DNA from: Nitratidesulfovibrio vulgaris str. Hildenborough
GTDB lineage: Bacteria; Desulfobacterota; Desulfovibrionia; Desulfovibrionales; Desulfovibrionaceae
Length of the DNA stretch: 32,000 bases
NCBI RefSeq assembly: GCF_000195755.1
Contig: NC_002937.3
Coordinates: forward strand, 3,480,001 to 3,512,000
Reading direction: 5' to 3'
Shown here: positions 1 through 9,147 of the stretch, piece by piece
How the letters are laid out: each line of letters begins with the position of its first letter
Numbering within the stretch: the stretch's first letter is position 1
The notes under the pieces: generated by a model
Database searches by the model: none
Seen by the model: the letters and a program-made list of their open reading frames with translations, nothing else
Told to the model about the DNA's origin: nothing
Program-made: the position numbers and the translations under genes

Positions 1-1265
1 GGCAGGCCATCGCCAAGGCCATGAACCGCCCCTTCGTGCGCCTGTCGCTGGCCGACCTGCGCGACGAGGCCGAACTGCGCGGACACCGGCGCACCTACGC
101 GGGCGCCATGCCCGGGCGCATCATGCAGGCCCTGCGCACGGCCGGAGTGCGCAACCCCGTCTTCATGCTCGACGAGATGGACAAGATGGGGCAGGACGCC
201 CGTAGCGACCCCGCCATGGCCCTTCTCGAACTGCTCGACCCCGAGCAGAACGACCGTTTCCTCGACCGCTACGTGGACCTTCCCTTCGACCTTTCGGAGG
301 TCATGTTCATCGCCACGGCCAACGACACCTCGCGTATGCGCGGACCACTGCTCGACAGGCTCGAGGTGGTGCCCTTCGCCGGGTACTCCGAAGACGAGAA
401 GGCCGACATCGCCTCACGCTTCCTGCTGCCGCGCCAACTGCGCGAGCACGGGCTCGTGCACCCGCGCCCCGTGGTCGCGGACGAGGCCCTGCGCCGCATC
501 GTACGTGACTATACCGACGAGGCGGGCGTGCGCGGGCTCGAGCGTGAACTGGCCCGACTGTGCCGCAAACTCGCACGCCTGCACATGGAGGGGCACGCCC
601 CACTCCCCGCCGGACTGGACGCGGAGCAGGTCACCGCGCTTCTCGGCCCCGCCCGCTACAACCACGACAGGACGGGCGGCGGGCAGCACACGGGCCGAGC
701 CACCGGGCTTGTCTGGTCGGAGAAGGGCGGCGAGGTCATCTTCGTGGAGGTCTCGACCATGGGGGGCTCGGGCCAGCTCATCCTCACCGGTTCGCTGGGT
801 GACGTACTCAAGGAATCGGCCCGCATCGCCCTGAGCCACCTGCGCAGCACCCCCGACGTGTTCGGCCTGCGCGCCGTCCCGTTCGACAGGCTCGACATCC
901 ACATCCACATCCCGGCGGGCGACGTGGCCAAGGACGGCCCCTCTGCGGGGGTGACCATCGCCGCCGCGCTGGTCTCGCGCCTTGCGGGCAGACCCGCCCG
1001 CGCCGATGTGGCCCTCTCGGGCGAACTATCGCTGGGCGGCAGCCTGCTGCCCGTGAGCGGCATCCGCGAGAAAGTCCTCGCCGCGGCGCGCGGCGGCGCG
1101 CGCACCGTCATCCTGCCCCGGGCCAACGCCCCTGACGTGGCCAACCTGCGAGCCACGGTTCAACGCCTGCCGCGCATCGAACTGGTCGGCAGCGTTTCAG
1201 ATGCGCTCGAAATCGTCCTTGCCCCTGCCGCGCAGCCCGCGACAAAGGGAGGCCTCGACGCATGA
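1..1265 (+). CDS. lon: ATP-dependent Lon protease (LonA), C-terminal ~420 aa; the 5' end lies outside the window
   Basis: The reading frame is open from the window edge (same frame as ORF 21..1265). AAA+ C-terminal motifs are present ([38 protein letters not shown]). They are followed by a Lon protease domain with the catalytic Ser in DGPSAGV and Lys in [10 protein letters not shown]. Confidence 0.93.
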   Translation, partial: QAIAKAMNRPFVRLSLADLRDEAELRGHRRTYAGAMPGRIMQALRTAGVRNPVFMLDEMDKMGQDARSDPAMALLELLDPEQNDRFLDRYVDLPFDLSEVMFIATANDTSRMRGPLLDRLEVVPFAGYSEDEKADIASRFLLPRQLREHGLVHPRPVVADEALRRIVRDYTDEAGVRGLERELARLCRKLARLHMEGHAPLPAGLDAEQVTALLGPARYNHDRTGGGQHTGRATGLVWSEKGGEVIFVEVSTMGGSGQLILTGSLGDVLKESARIALSHLRSTPDVFGLRAVPFDRLDIHIHIPAGDVAKDGPSAGVTIAAALVSRLAGRPARADVALSGELSLGGSLLPVSGIREKVLAAARGGARTVILPRANAPDVANLRATVQRLPRIELVGSVSDALEIVLAPAAQPATKGGLDA

Positions 1266-2740
1266 GACCTCCCCTTTTCGGCACGCTCCGCGCCAACCTC
1301 CGGCAGCTTGTGATGGCGGGCATCGCCCTCTCCATTCTCGGCATCAGCGTACTTGGCGGCATGTCATACTCCTACCTGCTGCAACTGGATGACGCGCTTG
1401 GTCTTGCCGAGGTGGTAGACGACCTCAGCAGCGACATCCTCGAGATACGCCGATATGAGAAGAACTACCTTCTCTACGTCATGGAGGAGGACTACACCGA
1501 GAACCTCGCCTTCATCGAACGCGCCCTCGGCGTCACGAACGTCATCCTGCCCCCCGACGGCACGGGGATGCTTGGCACCGACGAACAGGGCAGGCACGCC
1601 ATCGTCGCCCTGCGCCAGCAACTGCACGGCTACCGCGCCACCATCACGCGGCTGGAACAGCTGCGGCGGCAAGGCGACAACCGGCAGGCAGACTCGCTGC
1701 TCAACGACCTGCGCGAAGAGGGGAAGCGCCTCGTGGAGGGCGCACGGCAAATCGCAGCCTACCAGCGGTCGCGCATCCTCGGCATGGTCTCGAAGCTCAA
1801 GCAGCAGCTGCTCATCTCCATCCTCGGCTTTCTCGCCGTGGCCGTGTTCTTCTCATGGCTGGTGGGACGCAGGCTTCTGGGGGCCTTCACCCTCATCGAG
1901 AACGCCACCCGGGGCATCGTGCAGGGCGACTTCAAGCCGTTGCCCCTTCCGGACAGCCGCGACGAGTCACGCAGCGTCGTCAAGGCACTCAATCACATGA
2001 TCGAGGAACTGGAGAACCGCCAGAACCAGCTCGTCCAGGAGAAGAAGCTCGCCTCGCTGGGGGTGCTCACGTCCGGCATAGCGCACCAGCTGAACAACCC
2101 CCTCAACAACATCTCCACCTCGTGCCAGATACTGCAGGAGGACATCGGTTCGGGCGACGCCGAACTCCACGCGCGCATGTTGCGGAACATCCATCAGGAG
2201 GTGCTGCGCTCGCGCGACATCGTGAAGGGACTGCTCGAATTCGCGCGCGAGAAGGACTTCTCGCTCGTGCCACAACGACTGGCCGATGTGGTGGAAAGGG
2301 CCGTGTCGCTGGTCTCCAGCGAAGTGCCCGCAGGGGTGACGCTCTCCGCCAGCGTACCTCCCGACATGGTGGTGCCCCTCGACGCACAGCACATGCAGGA
2401 GGCGCTCATCAACCTGCTCATCAACGCCATACAGGCCATTCCCGCGCCCCCCGGCACCATCACCGTCTCGGCCACGCGCGTGCCCGGACGCGACATGGTG
2501 GCGCTGCGCGTCGAGGACACGGGTACGGGCATCCCGCCGGAACACCTCGGCCGCATCTTCGACCCCTTCTTCACGCTCAAGGCCGTGGGCAAGGGCACGG
2601 GGCTTGGTCTCTCCATCGTCTTCGGGGTGGTCAAGAAGCACGGCGGACGGGTGACCGTCGAAAGCGAACCGGGCAAGGGCACCGCGTTCATCATCCATCT
2701 TCACGATAACGACGCCGCCGGAAGGGGAATGCACACATGA
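1262..2740 (+). CDS. membrane sensor histidine kinase (TM, HAMP-like linker, HisKA, HATPase_c)
   Basis: 492-aa ORF whose ATG overlaps the lon stop (ATGA). Hydrophobic segments IALSILGISVLGG and LLISILGFLAVAVFFSWLV. H-box SGIAHQLNNPLNNI, N-box LINLLINAIQA, G-boxes EDTGTGIP and GKGTGLGLSIV. Confidence 0.9.
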   Translation: MRPPLFGTLRANLRQLVMAGIALSILGISVLGGMSYSYLLQLDDALGLAEVVDDLSSDILEIRRYEKNYLLYVMEEDYTENLAFIERALGVTNVILPPDGTGMLGTDEQGRHAIVALRQQLHGYRATITRLEQLRRQGDNRQADSLLNDLREEGKRLVEGARQIAAYQRSRILGMVSKLKQQLLISILGFLAVAVFFSWLVGRRLLGAFTLIENATRGIVQGDFKPLPLPDSRDESRSVVKALNHMIEELENRQNQLVQEKKLASLGVLTSGIAHQLNNPLNNISTSCQILQEDIGSGDAELHARMLRNIHQEVLRSRDIVKGLLEFAREKDFSLVPQRLADVVERAVSLVSSEVPAGVTLSASVPPDMVVPLDAQHMQEALINLLINAIQAIPAPPGTITVSATRVPGRDMVALRVEDTGTGIPPEHLGRIFDPFFTLKAVGKGTGLGLSIVFGVVKKHGGRVTVESEPGKGTAFIIHLHDNDAAGRGMHT

Positions 2741-4092
2741 CGCACCGCATCCTTGTGGTCGACGACGAGGCCATCGCCCGCGACAACCTCGCTATCCTCC
2801 TTCGCAAGCGCAAGTACGAGGTCGACACCGCAGCCAACGGCGAAGAGGCCATGCGCGCCCTCGCCGGGGCCGACTACGACCTCGTGCTCACCGACCTCAT
2901 GATGGACGACATGGACGGCATGGCCCTGCTGCGGCACATCAGGCAGCACCACGCCGACACCGAGGTCATCATGATCACCGGATACGCCACGGTGGAGACG
3001 GCTGTCCTTGCCATGCAGGAGGGAGCCTATCACTACCTCGCCAAGCCCTACCGCATCGAAGAGGCGCGGGCACTGGTCCAGAAGGCGCTGGAGAAGCGGG
3101 CGCTGAATCAGGAGGTGCATCGCCTGCGAGAGCAATTGCGCGAACGCTCGCTCCCGGTGCCCATTCTCGGCAGCGCACCGTGCATCGTCGAACTCAAGCG
3201 GCTCATCGCCAAGGTGGCCCCTGCAGAGGCGTCGGTGCTCATCCTCGGCGAGACCGGTACAGGCAAGGAGCTTGCCGCGAGGATGGTGCACCTCTTCAGC
3301 CGTCGTTCCGACAGGCGCTTTCTGGCCATCAACTGCGGGGCGTTCAATGACGCGCTGCTCGAAAGCGAACTCTTCGGCCACGAGCAAGGAGCCTTCTCGG
3401 GGGCGGCGCGCCTCAAGAAAGGGCTGTTCGAGGCGGCGGAGGGCGGAACCCTCTTTCTCGACGAAGTGGGCGAGATGTCACTCGCCATGCAGGTGAAGCT
3501 GCTGCGCACGCTGCAGGAGAGGAGCATCCGACGGGTGGGGGGCACTGTGGACATTCCGGTGGACGTGCGCCTTGTGGCGGCCACCAACCGCGACCTCAAG
3601 CGCGAGGCCGAGGCGGGCACCTTCCGGGCCGACCTCTTCTACCGCCTGAACGTCGTCTCACTGCGTATGCCGCCGCTTTCGGAACGCCGTGCGGACATCC
3701 CCCTGCTGGCGCGGTACTTCACCGAGAAGAGCGCCCGGGACATGCAGGTCGCCCCCCCCGCCATCGGACAGGATGCCCTCGACGCGCTGGCCCGCTACCC
3801 GTTTCCCGGCAACGTCAGGGAGTTGCAGAACATCATGGAGCGGGCCGTGGTGCTGTGCAGCGACGGCGTCATCAAGGCGGGGCATCTGCCGCCCGACCTG
3901 TTCGAAGCCCCCGACCACGTGATGCGCGGGGACGAACGCAAGGCACTGACCCTTGATGACAACGAGAGGGACCACATCATGTGGATGCTCGAACATGCGG
4001 GGGGCAACCGCACGCTGGCGGCACGGCTTCTGGGCATCGACCGGGCCTCGTTGTGGCGGAAGCTCAAACGGTTCGGCGTGGAGGCGGGGTAG
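2737..4092 (+). CDS. sigma-54-dependent response regulator (NtrC/Fis family enhancer-binding protein)
   Basis: 451-aa ORF with an ATGA overlap onto the kinase. Receiver domain (ILVVDDE, LVLTDLMMDDMDG). AAA+ domain with Walker A GETGTGKE, Walker B LFLDEVGEM and a GAFSGA loop (GAFTGA variant). C-terminal Fis-type HTH AARLLGIDRASLWRKLKRFG. Confidence 0.93.
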   Translation: MTHRILVVDDEAIARDNLAILLRKRKYEVDTAANGEEAMRALAGADYDLVLTDLMMDDMDGMALLRHIRQHHADTEVIMITGYATVETAVLAMQEGAYHYLAKPYRIEEARALVQKALEKRALNQEVHRLREQLRERSLPVPILGSAPCIVELKRLIAKVAPAEASVLILGETGTGKELAARMVHLFSRRSDRRFLAINCGAFNDALLESELFGHEQGAFSGAARLKKGLFEAAEGGTLFLDEVGEMSLAMQVKLLRTLQERSIRRVGGTVDIPVDVRLVAATNRDLKREAEAGTFRADLFYRLNVVSLRMPPLSERRADIPLLARYFTEKSARDMQVAPPAIGQDALDALARYPFPGNVRELQNIMERAVVLCSDGVIKAGHLPPDLFEAPDHVMRGDERKALTLDDNERDHIMWMLEHAGGNRTLAARLLGIDRASLWRKLKRFGVEAG

Positions 4093-4235
4093 CACCCCGG
4101 CGCCGCAACAGCCGCCGCCCGGACGCAGCGCGGCCCACGGGATGCGGGGCCTTCGCCGGTAACCCGTGCCAGCCCTGCACCCCTCCTTCCCCATTCCTGC
4201 CGGGTACGACCGGGCGTGGCAGCCAGAGTGAACCC

Positions 4236-4259
4236 CAAGGGGGCGATACTCGCCCCTTG
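4236..4259. promoter_or_regulatory. near-perfect 24-bp palindrome CAAGGGGGCGA-tac-TCGCCCCTTG; possible activator binding site or RNA hairpin
   Basis: Read directly from the sequence. It is a 10-bp inverted repeat with one extra G in the left arm. It lies 144 nt downstream of the response-regulator stop, and its centre is about 94 bp upstream of the sigma-54-like -24 element at 4342. Confidence 0.3.
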
Positions 4260-4340
4260 CCTCCCGGGTCCACTGGCACCTTCCCTCGTACAGGGCAGGG
4301 GGTATGCAGGGAGTCAAGGCTATGGGCCATGGGGGCGGCG

Positions 4341-4356
4341 TGGCAGCACCTTCGCC
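4341..4356 (+). promoter_or_regulatory. candidate sigma-54 (-24/-12) promoter TGGCAGcaccTTCGCc
   Basis: GG at 4342-4343 and GC at 4354-4355 have the obligatory 10-nt spacing, and TGGCA matches the -24 consensus. The -12 box is TCGC rather than TTGC. No annotated plus-strand gene follows. Confidence 0.25.
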
Positions 4357-4484
4357 CTTGCAGCGACAGGACCTGCCCGCAACGGGGAAGGGCAAGGGGC
4401 GACGCCACGAGACAGCCCCTTGCAGAAGCGAAGGCAAAGAAAGTTTTTTTCTGCCATGGAAACGGCACACCGGCATGACCGCAT

Positions 4485-4521
4485 GAAAAAAGCACCTGCC
4501 GCTTTTACGCTGCAAGTGCTT
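4485..4521 (-). terminator. rho-independent terminator downstream of tRNA-Arg
   Basis: On the minus strand: AAGCACTTGCAGC-gtaaaa-GCGGCAGGTGCTT followed by TTTTTT. The 13-bp stem has one G-U pair and one mismatch. It starts 12 nt after the tRNA CCA end. Confidence 0.6.
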
Positions 4522-4532
4522 GTTTCCATTAG

Positions 4533-4609
<77 letters not shown>

Positions 4610-4852
4610 TGAACCGCCTCTTTTAGCTCTTGCCAAGTTCCACTGTCAAGCACATACTCTGTTCCGTCGCGTTCGCGAGGTCATTCCTGCCGTTCCGCAC
4701 ATCCTTTCCGACAAGATTGCAAAAACCGCCCCCGGAAGGTCCCCTTTTCGCTGGCGCGTCGTACACATTTTTGCTAATAAAGGCCCTGCAACGGCTCATA
4801 TGCTCCCGACGGGAGTCCGGCCCGGCGCAGCGGACATGCACAGGAGACTCCC

Positions 4853-5416
4853 ATGCAACGTTTCGTCTTCGCCGTCTCCGGCGCCAGCGGCATGCCGCTG
4901 GCCGTGACGCTGCTTCGGGCCATGGCCACCATCCCGAACGTGGAGACGCATCTCGTGGTCTCGGACGCGGCGCGTCAGGTGCTGCATCACGAATCATCCC
5001 TCGACCTGCCAGACCTCGCCGCCCATGCCCACACGGTGCATTCGTGTGACGACTTCGCGGCAGGCCCCGCCAGCGGTTCGTGGCGGCACAGCGGCATGGT
5101 GGTATGTCCCTGTTCGATGGCGACGCTAGCCGCCATCGCGCACGGCACAGGTACCAACCTCATCCACCGCGCGGCAGACGTCACCCTCAAGGAACGCAGG
5201 CCGCTGGTGCTGGTGGCCCGGGAGACGCCCCTTTCACGGGTGCATCTGGCCAACATGCTTGCCGCGACCGAAGCGGGCGCCACGGTGATGCCACCATGCC
5301 CCGGTTTCTACGGCAAGCCGCTGTCCGTACAGGACGTGCTCGACCACCTTGCCGGACGGGTGCTCGACCAGCTGGGGCTTCCGCATCATCTGGGGCATCG
5401 CTGGCAAGGCGGATAA
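4853..5416 (+). CDS. ubiX: flavin prenyltransferase UbiX/Pad1 family
   Basis: 187 aa. SD AGGAG lies 6 nt upstream of the ATG. Family motifs: [61 protein letters not shown]. Confidence 0.9.
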   Translation: MQRFVFAVSGASGMPLAVTLLRAMATIPNVETHLVVSDAARQVLHHESSLDLPDLAAHAHTVHSCDDFAAGPASGSWRHSGMVVCPCSMATLAAIAHGTGTNLIHRAADVTLKERRPLVLVARETPLSRVHLANMLAATEAGATVMPPCPGFYGKPLSVQDVLDHLAGRVLDQLGLPHHLGHRWQGG

Positions 5417-5522
5417 CTCCGGTACGGCATCCCCCCGACCCGATGGACCACCCCACGGGTATCGCGTCACAGGCCCGGGAACGGCGTTCGCGCCATCCTC
5501 CAACCCCCTTTCGGAGCAAGTC

Positions 5523-6242
5523 ATGCAGACCCGCATCACATGGCACGGTCATTCGAACTTCCAGGTCGCCTCCGGTGGCACCAACGTGCTCATCGACCCG
5601 TTCTTCGACGGCAACCCCGTCGCCGCAGCGCGATGGGACGCCATCGACCGGCCCGACCTCGTTCTCGTGACACACGACCATGGCGACCATGTGGGTCAGG
5701 CCATCGACATCTGCAAGGCCACGGGGGCGAAACTGGGCTGTGTGGTCGGCACGGATGCCCGCCTCGTCGAGGCGGGGCTGCCGCGTGAACTGGTGCTGAA
5801 CGGCATCGGCTTCAACATCGGCGGCACGGTGGAATGCGCCGGAGCGCGCATCACCATGACACAGGCGTACCACTCTTCGGAGTCGGGCGTTCCGGTAGGC
5901 TACATCGTGACCATGCCGGACGGATTCACCTTCTACCATGCGGGCGACACGGGCATCTTCTCGGAGATGGAGCTATGGGGCCGCCTGTATGCCATCGACC
6001 TCGCCCTGTTGCCCATAGGCGGGGTGTTCACCATGGACCCGCGTCAGGCCGCACTCGCGTGCAGCCTCTTGCGTGCACGGTCCGTGATTCCCATGCACTG
6101 GGGAACGTTCCCCGTGCTGGAGCAGAACACCACGCGCTTCAGGGAGCAACTTGCGAACCACGCTCCGGACTGCCGACTGTTCAACATGACGCCAGGCGAG
6201 AGCCTGACTCTCGACAGAAGCCAGGAAGGGTGCGCCTGCTAG
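5523..6242 (+). CDS. UPF0173-type metal-dependent hydrolase (metallo-beta-lactamase fold)
   Basis: The homologous part starts at internal Met 59 of ORF 5349..6242 ([15 protein letters not shown]...). Motifs: [26 protein letters not shown]. The upstream 58 codons overlap ubiX and look non-coding. Confidence 0.85.
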   Translation: MQTRITWHGHSNFQVASGGTNVLIDPFFDGNPVAAARWDAIDRPDLVLVTHDHGDHVGQAIDICKATGAKLGCVVGTDARLVEAGLPRELVLNGIGFNIGGTVECAGARITMTQAYHSSESGVPVGYIVTMPDGFTFYHAGDTGIFSEMELWGRLYAIDLALLPIGGVFTMDPRQAALACSLLRARSVIPMHWGTFPVLEQNTTRFREQLANHAPDCRLFNMTPGESLTLDRSQEGCAC

Positions 6243-6252
6243 GGCGTACCGT

Positions 6253-6606
6253 GTGCGTCGGGCCTCGAACGTCATGCCGAATGGAAAGGCGGACGAAGTC
6301 TGGTTCGTGTATCTGCTGCGATGTGCCGACGGCACGCTGTACTGCGGCGTGACCAACAACATCGAAAGACGTCTCACGCAGCACCATCGGGGCAGGGGAG
6401 CGCGCTACACCCGCGGCCGCGCTCCATTCATCCTGCTCGGACATGCGCCCTTCCCCGGCAGGGGAGAGGCGCAGCGGGTTGAGTATCGCATCAAACGGCA
6501 ACCGACCGACCAGAAGCTCGCCTGCCTCGCCACCATCGGCGGGGATGCGTTCGTGGCCGGGGCGCTGCAATCCGCGCCAGCGGAAGGAATCACATGGAAT
6601 CCGTAG
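6253..6606 (+). CDS. GIY-YIG domain protein (UPF0213/YhbQ-like small nuclease-fold protein)
   Basis: WFVYLLRCADGTLYCGVTNNIERRLTQHHRGRGARYTRGR matches the GIY-YIG core. The start is ambiguous between GTG 6253 and ATG 6274. The 3' end overlaps the helicase start by 13 nt. Confidence 0.75.
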   Translation: MRRASNVMPNGKADEVWFVYLLRCADGTLYCGVTNNIERRLTQHHRGRGARYTRGRAPFILLGHAPFPGRGEAQRVEYRIKRQPTDQKLACLATIGGDAFVAGALQSAPAEGITWNP

Positions 6607-8192
6607 AATCGTTCAAGGACCTCCCCCTCGAAGAGGAACTGCTCAAGGCCATCGAAGAACTCGGCTTCACCGAGCCCTCGCCCATCCAGTCCATCGCCAT
6701 CCCCCGCCTGCTTGAAGGCCGCGACGTGATAGGTCAGGCCCAGACCGGCACCGGCAAGACCGCCGCCTTCGGTCTGCCCCTGCTTCAGCGCATCGACGCC
6801 GCCGACCGCTCGGTACAGGCCCTCGTGCTCTGTCCCACCCGTGAACTGGCCCTGCAGGTGGCCAATGGCCTCACCGCCCTCGCCAAGCATCTGCGCGGGG
6901 TACGCATCCTCTCCGTGTACGGCGGCCAGCCCATCGAACCGCAGGCCTCCGCCCTGCGCCGTGGCGCACAGGTCGTCGTGGGTACGCCCGGGCGCATCCT
7001 CGACCATATCAACCGCGGCACCCTGCAACTCGGCGTCGTGCGCATGACCGTGCTCGACGAAGCCGACGAAATGCTCGACATGGGCTTTCGCGAGGACATC
7101 GAACGCATCCTCAGCGAAATGCCCGAATGGGTGCAGTCTGCGTTCTTCTCCGCCACCATGCCCGACGGCATCCTCGAACTCGCCCGCCGCTTCCTGCGCG
7201 AACCCGAGTTGCTGCGCGTGACGCGCCGCCAGCTTACCGTCGCCAATACGGAACAGGCATGGTTCGAAGTGCGGCCCTTCCGCCGCGTGGACGCCGTATG
7301 CCGAATTTTCGACGCCTACATTCCGCGCAAGGCCATCGTCTTCCGCGCCACCAAGCAGGGCGTCGATGAACTGGCCGCCGCACTCCAGCAGCGCGGCATC
7401 CTCGCCGACGCCCTGCACGGCGACCTCAACCAGACCCAGCGCGAACGTGTCATGTCCCGCTTCCGCGCCGGGGGCATCTCCGTGCTGGTCGCCACCGACG
7501 TGGCAGCCCGTGGTCTGGACGTTGACGACGTGGACACCGTCATCAACTTCGACCTGCCCAACGACCCCGAGACCTACGTGCACCGCATAGGCCGCACTGG
7601 CCGTGCAGGCCGCACCGGCAGGGCCTTCTCGTTCGCCGCAGGTCGCGACGTGTACAAGTTGCGCGACATCCAGCGCGTGACCGGGTCGCGCATCGACCGC
7701 CGCGCCATGCCCACCGCCGCCGACGCCTCCCGCGCCCGCACCGGGCAGTTGCTTGAGGAAGTCGCCGCCGGGCTTGCCAGCGCCGAGACCTCGGCCTGCC
7801 TGCCTGTGGTGGAGAAGCTCATCGCCGAAGGCGCCGACCCGACCCAGCTTGCCGCCACGCTGCTGCGCATGATCATGCAGCGCGACCGCATCGACCTGCC
7901 GGGTGCCCGCCAGACCGATGACATCGGCACCGGGCGCGTGCGCCTGTTCTTCAACGTGGGGCGCCGTATGCGCATCACCCCGCGTGACCTCGTGGGCGCC
8001 ATCGCCGGTGAGACGGGCATCTCCGGCCGTTCCATCGGTTCCATCGAAATCCACGACCGCTTCTCGTTCGTGGAAGTGGATGCCTCCATCGCCCCCGAAG
8101 TGGTGTCGGTGATGCACGGCAACCAGATTCGCGGCTTCCGCCTCGCCGTGGAACAGGCAAGCCCCCGTGAGGGTCAGGACCGCGCCGCTTAA
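6594..8192 (+). CDS. deaD: DEAD-box ATP-dependent RNA helicase with a DbpA/DeaD-type C-terminal RNA-binding domain
   Basis: 532 aa. Motifs: Q-motif FTEPSPIQ, motif I AQTGTGKT, PTRELA, DEAD (LDEADEM), SAT, HRIGRTGRAG. C-terminal RVRLFFNVGRRMRITPRDLVGAI...IEIHDRFSFVEV. Confidence 0.93.
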   Translation: MESVESFKDLPLEEELLKAIEELGFTEPSPIQSIAIPRLLEGRDVIGQAQTGTGKTAAFGLPLLQRIDAADRSVQALVLCPTRELALQVANGLTALAKHLRGVRILSVYGGQPIEPQASALRRGAQVVVGTPGRILDHINRGTLQLGVVRMTVLDEADEMLDMGFREDIERILSEMPEWVQSAFFSATMPDGILELARRFLREPELLRVTRRQLTVANTEQAWFEVRPFRRVDAVCRIFDAYIPRKAIVFRATKQGVDELAAALQQRGILADALHGDLNQTQRERVMSRFRAGGISVLVATDVAARGLDVDDVDTVINFDLPNDPETYVHRIGRTGRAGRTGRAFSFAAGRDVYKLRDIQRVTGSRIDRRAMPTAADASRARTGQLLEEVAAGLASAETSACLPVVEKLIAEGADPTQLAATLLRMIMQRDRIDLPGARQTDDIGTGRVRLFFNVGRRMRITPRDLVGAIAGETGISGRSIGSIEIHDRFSFVEVDASIAPEVVSVMHGNQIRGFRLAVEQASPREGQDRAA

Positions 8193-8230
8193 GCACGCCG
8201 CCTGCATCCTCCCGCCTGACAAGTAGAAAG

Positions 8231-8275
8231 AAAGCCCGACCCCCTGACGAAACTCAGATGGGGTCGGGCTTTTCC
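8231..8275 (+). terminator. rho-independent terminator of the helicase gene
   Basis: Perfect 13-bp stem AAAGCCCGACCCC / GGGGTCGGGCTTT (8231-8243 and 8260-8272) running into TTTT, 39 nt after the stop. Confidence 0.8.
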
Positions 8276-8489
8276 ATTGAGGGCAGCCAGCCACCACCGC
8301 TGCAGCATCTCAGACCGCAAGCACGTAGCTATTCCCCCTTGAGAAATGGATGGAGCATGACTCCTGTCCATGTTTCGGTCAGCCAATCATGCCCGGATTG
8401 AGGTGATGCTGGCGAATCTGCTGCAAAAACGAGCCTTTTAGCTTCAATGCCGCCGTCCATGTACGACCTGTGTTCGGACGATGCCTGAA

Positions 8490-8578
8490 CCAGTCTACTC
8501 TCGCGTCGCCATCCGCATTGGATTCACTCTTGCCCCACCCCTGTCCTGGCACCAACTGTTAACGAGAGAGTAGACTGG
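8490..8578. repeat. perfect 13-bp inverted repeat CCAGTCTACTCTC ... GAGAGTAGACTGG separated by 63 nt
   Basis: Read directly: 8490-8502 and 8566-8578, inside the low-GC non-coding stretch upstream of the DUF2703-like gene. Confidence 0.7.
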
Positions 8579-8691
8579 CTATCATCCTTCGTGCACGCAG
8601 TGGAGGTGTTCAGATAACCCGTGGACTGATGATAGAGCAGACAGAGTTCCTGATGACACCTGATTGAACCATTAGGCTGGAGGAGGTCGTC

Positions 8692-9147
8692 GTGAAGTCA
8701 TTGCCCATCGTATGGCAGCGCCTGGTCGATCCAGAAGGCAACACGTGCGGCCGCTGCGGGAACACACACGAAAGCGTGTTGGCGGCTGTAGAGGCGTTGA
8801 AGGAGATTCTGAAACCATTGGATGTGGCACCGATTCTTGAGACCAGAGAAATCGACAGCGAATCATTCAGGGTAGACCCTTCGCAATCGAACCGGATATG
8901 GATTGCCGGTAAGCCCATCGAAGAGTGGCTTGATGCCAAGGTTTCAAGTAGCTGCTGTGACACAGTATGCGAGGGTGCCCATTGCCGGACTCTAGAAATC
9001 GGTGACCGGACCTTCGAGGTCATCCCGCCGGGCATGGTCATCAAGGCAGCGCTCATCGCAGCGTCGAAGATGGTCGACTCCGCGAAGCGTGCTGGAGGTT
9101 GCGCATGTGATACCGGCTGTTGCACACATAGACACTCGCCCTTCTGA
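8692..9147 (+). CDS. Cys-rich small protein, DUF2703-like (putative metal or metalloid binding)
   Basis: 151 aa with a GTG start preceded by the strong SD GGAGGAGG. N-terminal CGRCGNTHES motif, a central SSSCCDTVCEGAHC cluster and a CACDTGCCTHRH tail (11 Cys in total). GC content is about 50% against about 65% in the flanks. The family assignment is from memory. Confidence 0.7.
   Translation: MKSLPIVWQRLVDPEGNTCGRCGNTHESVLAAVEALKEILKPLDVAPILETREIDSESFRVDPSQSNRIWIAGKPIEEWLDAKVSSSCCDTVCEGAHCRTLEIGDRTFEVIPPGMVIKAALIAASKMVDSAKRAGGCACDTGCCTHRHSPF

Noticed and set aside
4236-4423. Recurring CAAGGGG/CCCCTTG words, also seen at 15073, 23218 and 23348, as a possible genome-wide intergenic repeat family.
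   Set aside because: The same 7-mers also occur inside coding regions (for example near 9241, 19488 and 25153). At this GC content several chance hits are expected. Only the two structured copies at 4236-4259 and 4393-4422 are retained as a finding.
6405-8297. Very long antisense or out-of-frame ORFs. Examples: 630 aa opposite the helicase, 565 aa at 15767..17464 opposite putA, 491 aa at 24950..26425 opposite the ATPase, and 327 aa at 13732..14715 opposite pyrD.
   Set aside because: They are expected by-products of stop-codon depletion in ~65% GC DNA. Their translations are Arg/Gly/Ala/His-rich low-complexity strings with no recognisable motifs. In each case the opposite strand carries a gene with unambiguous family motifs.
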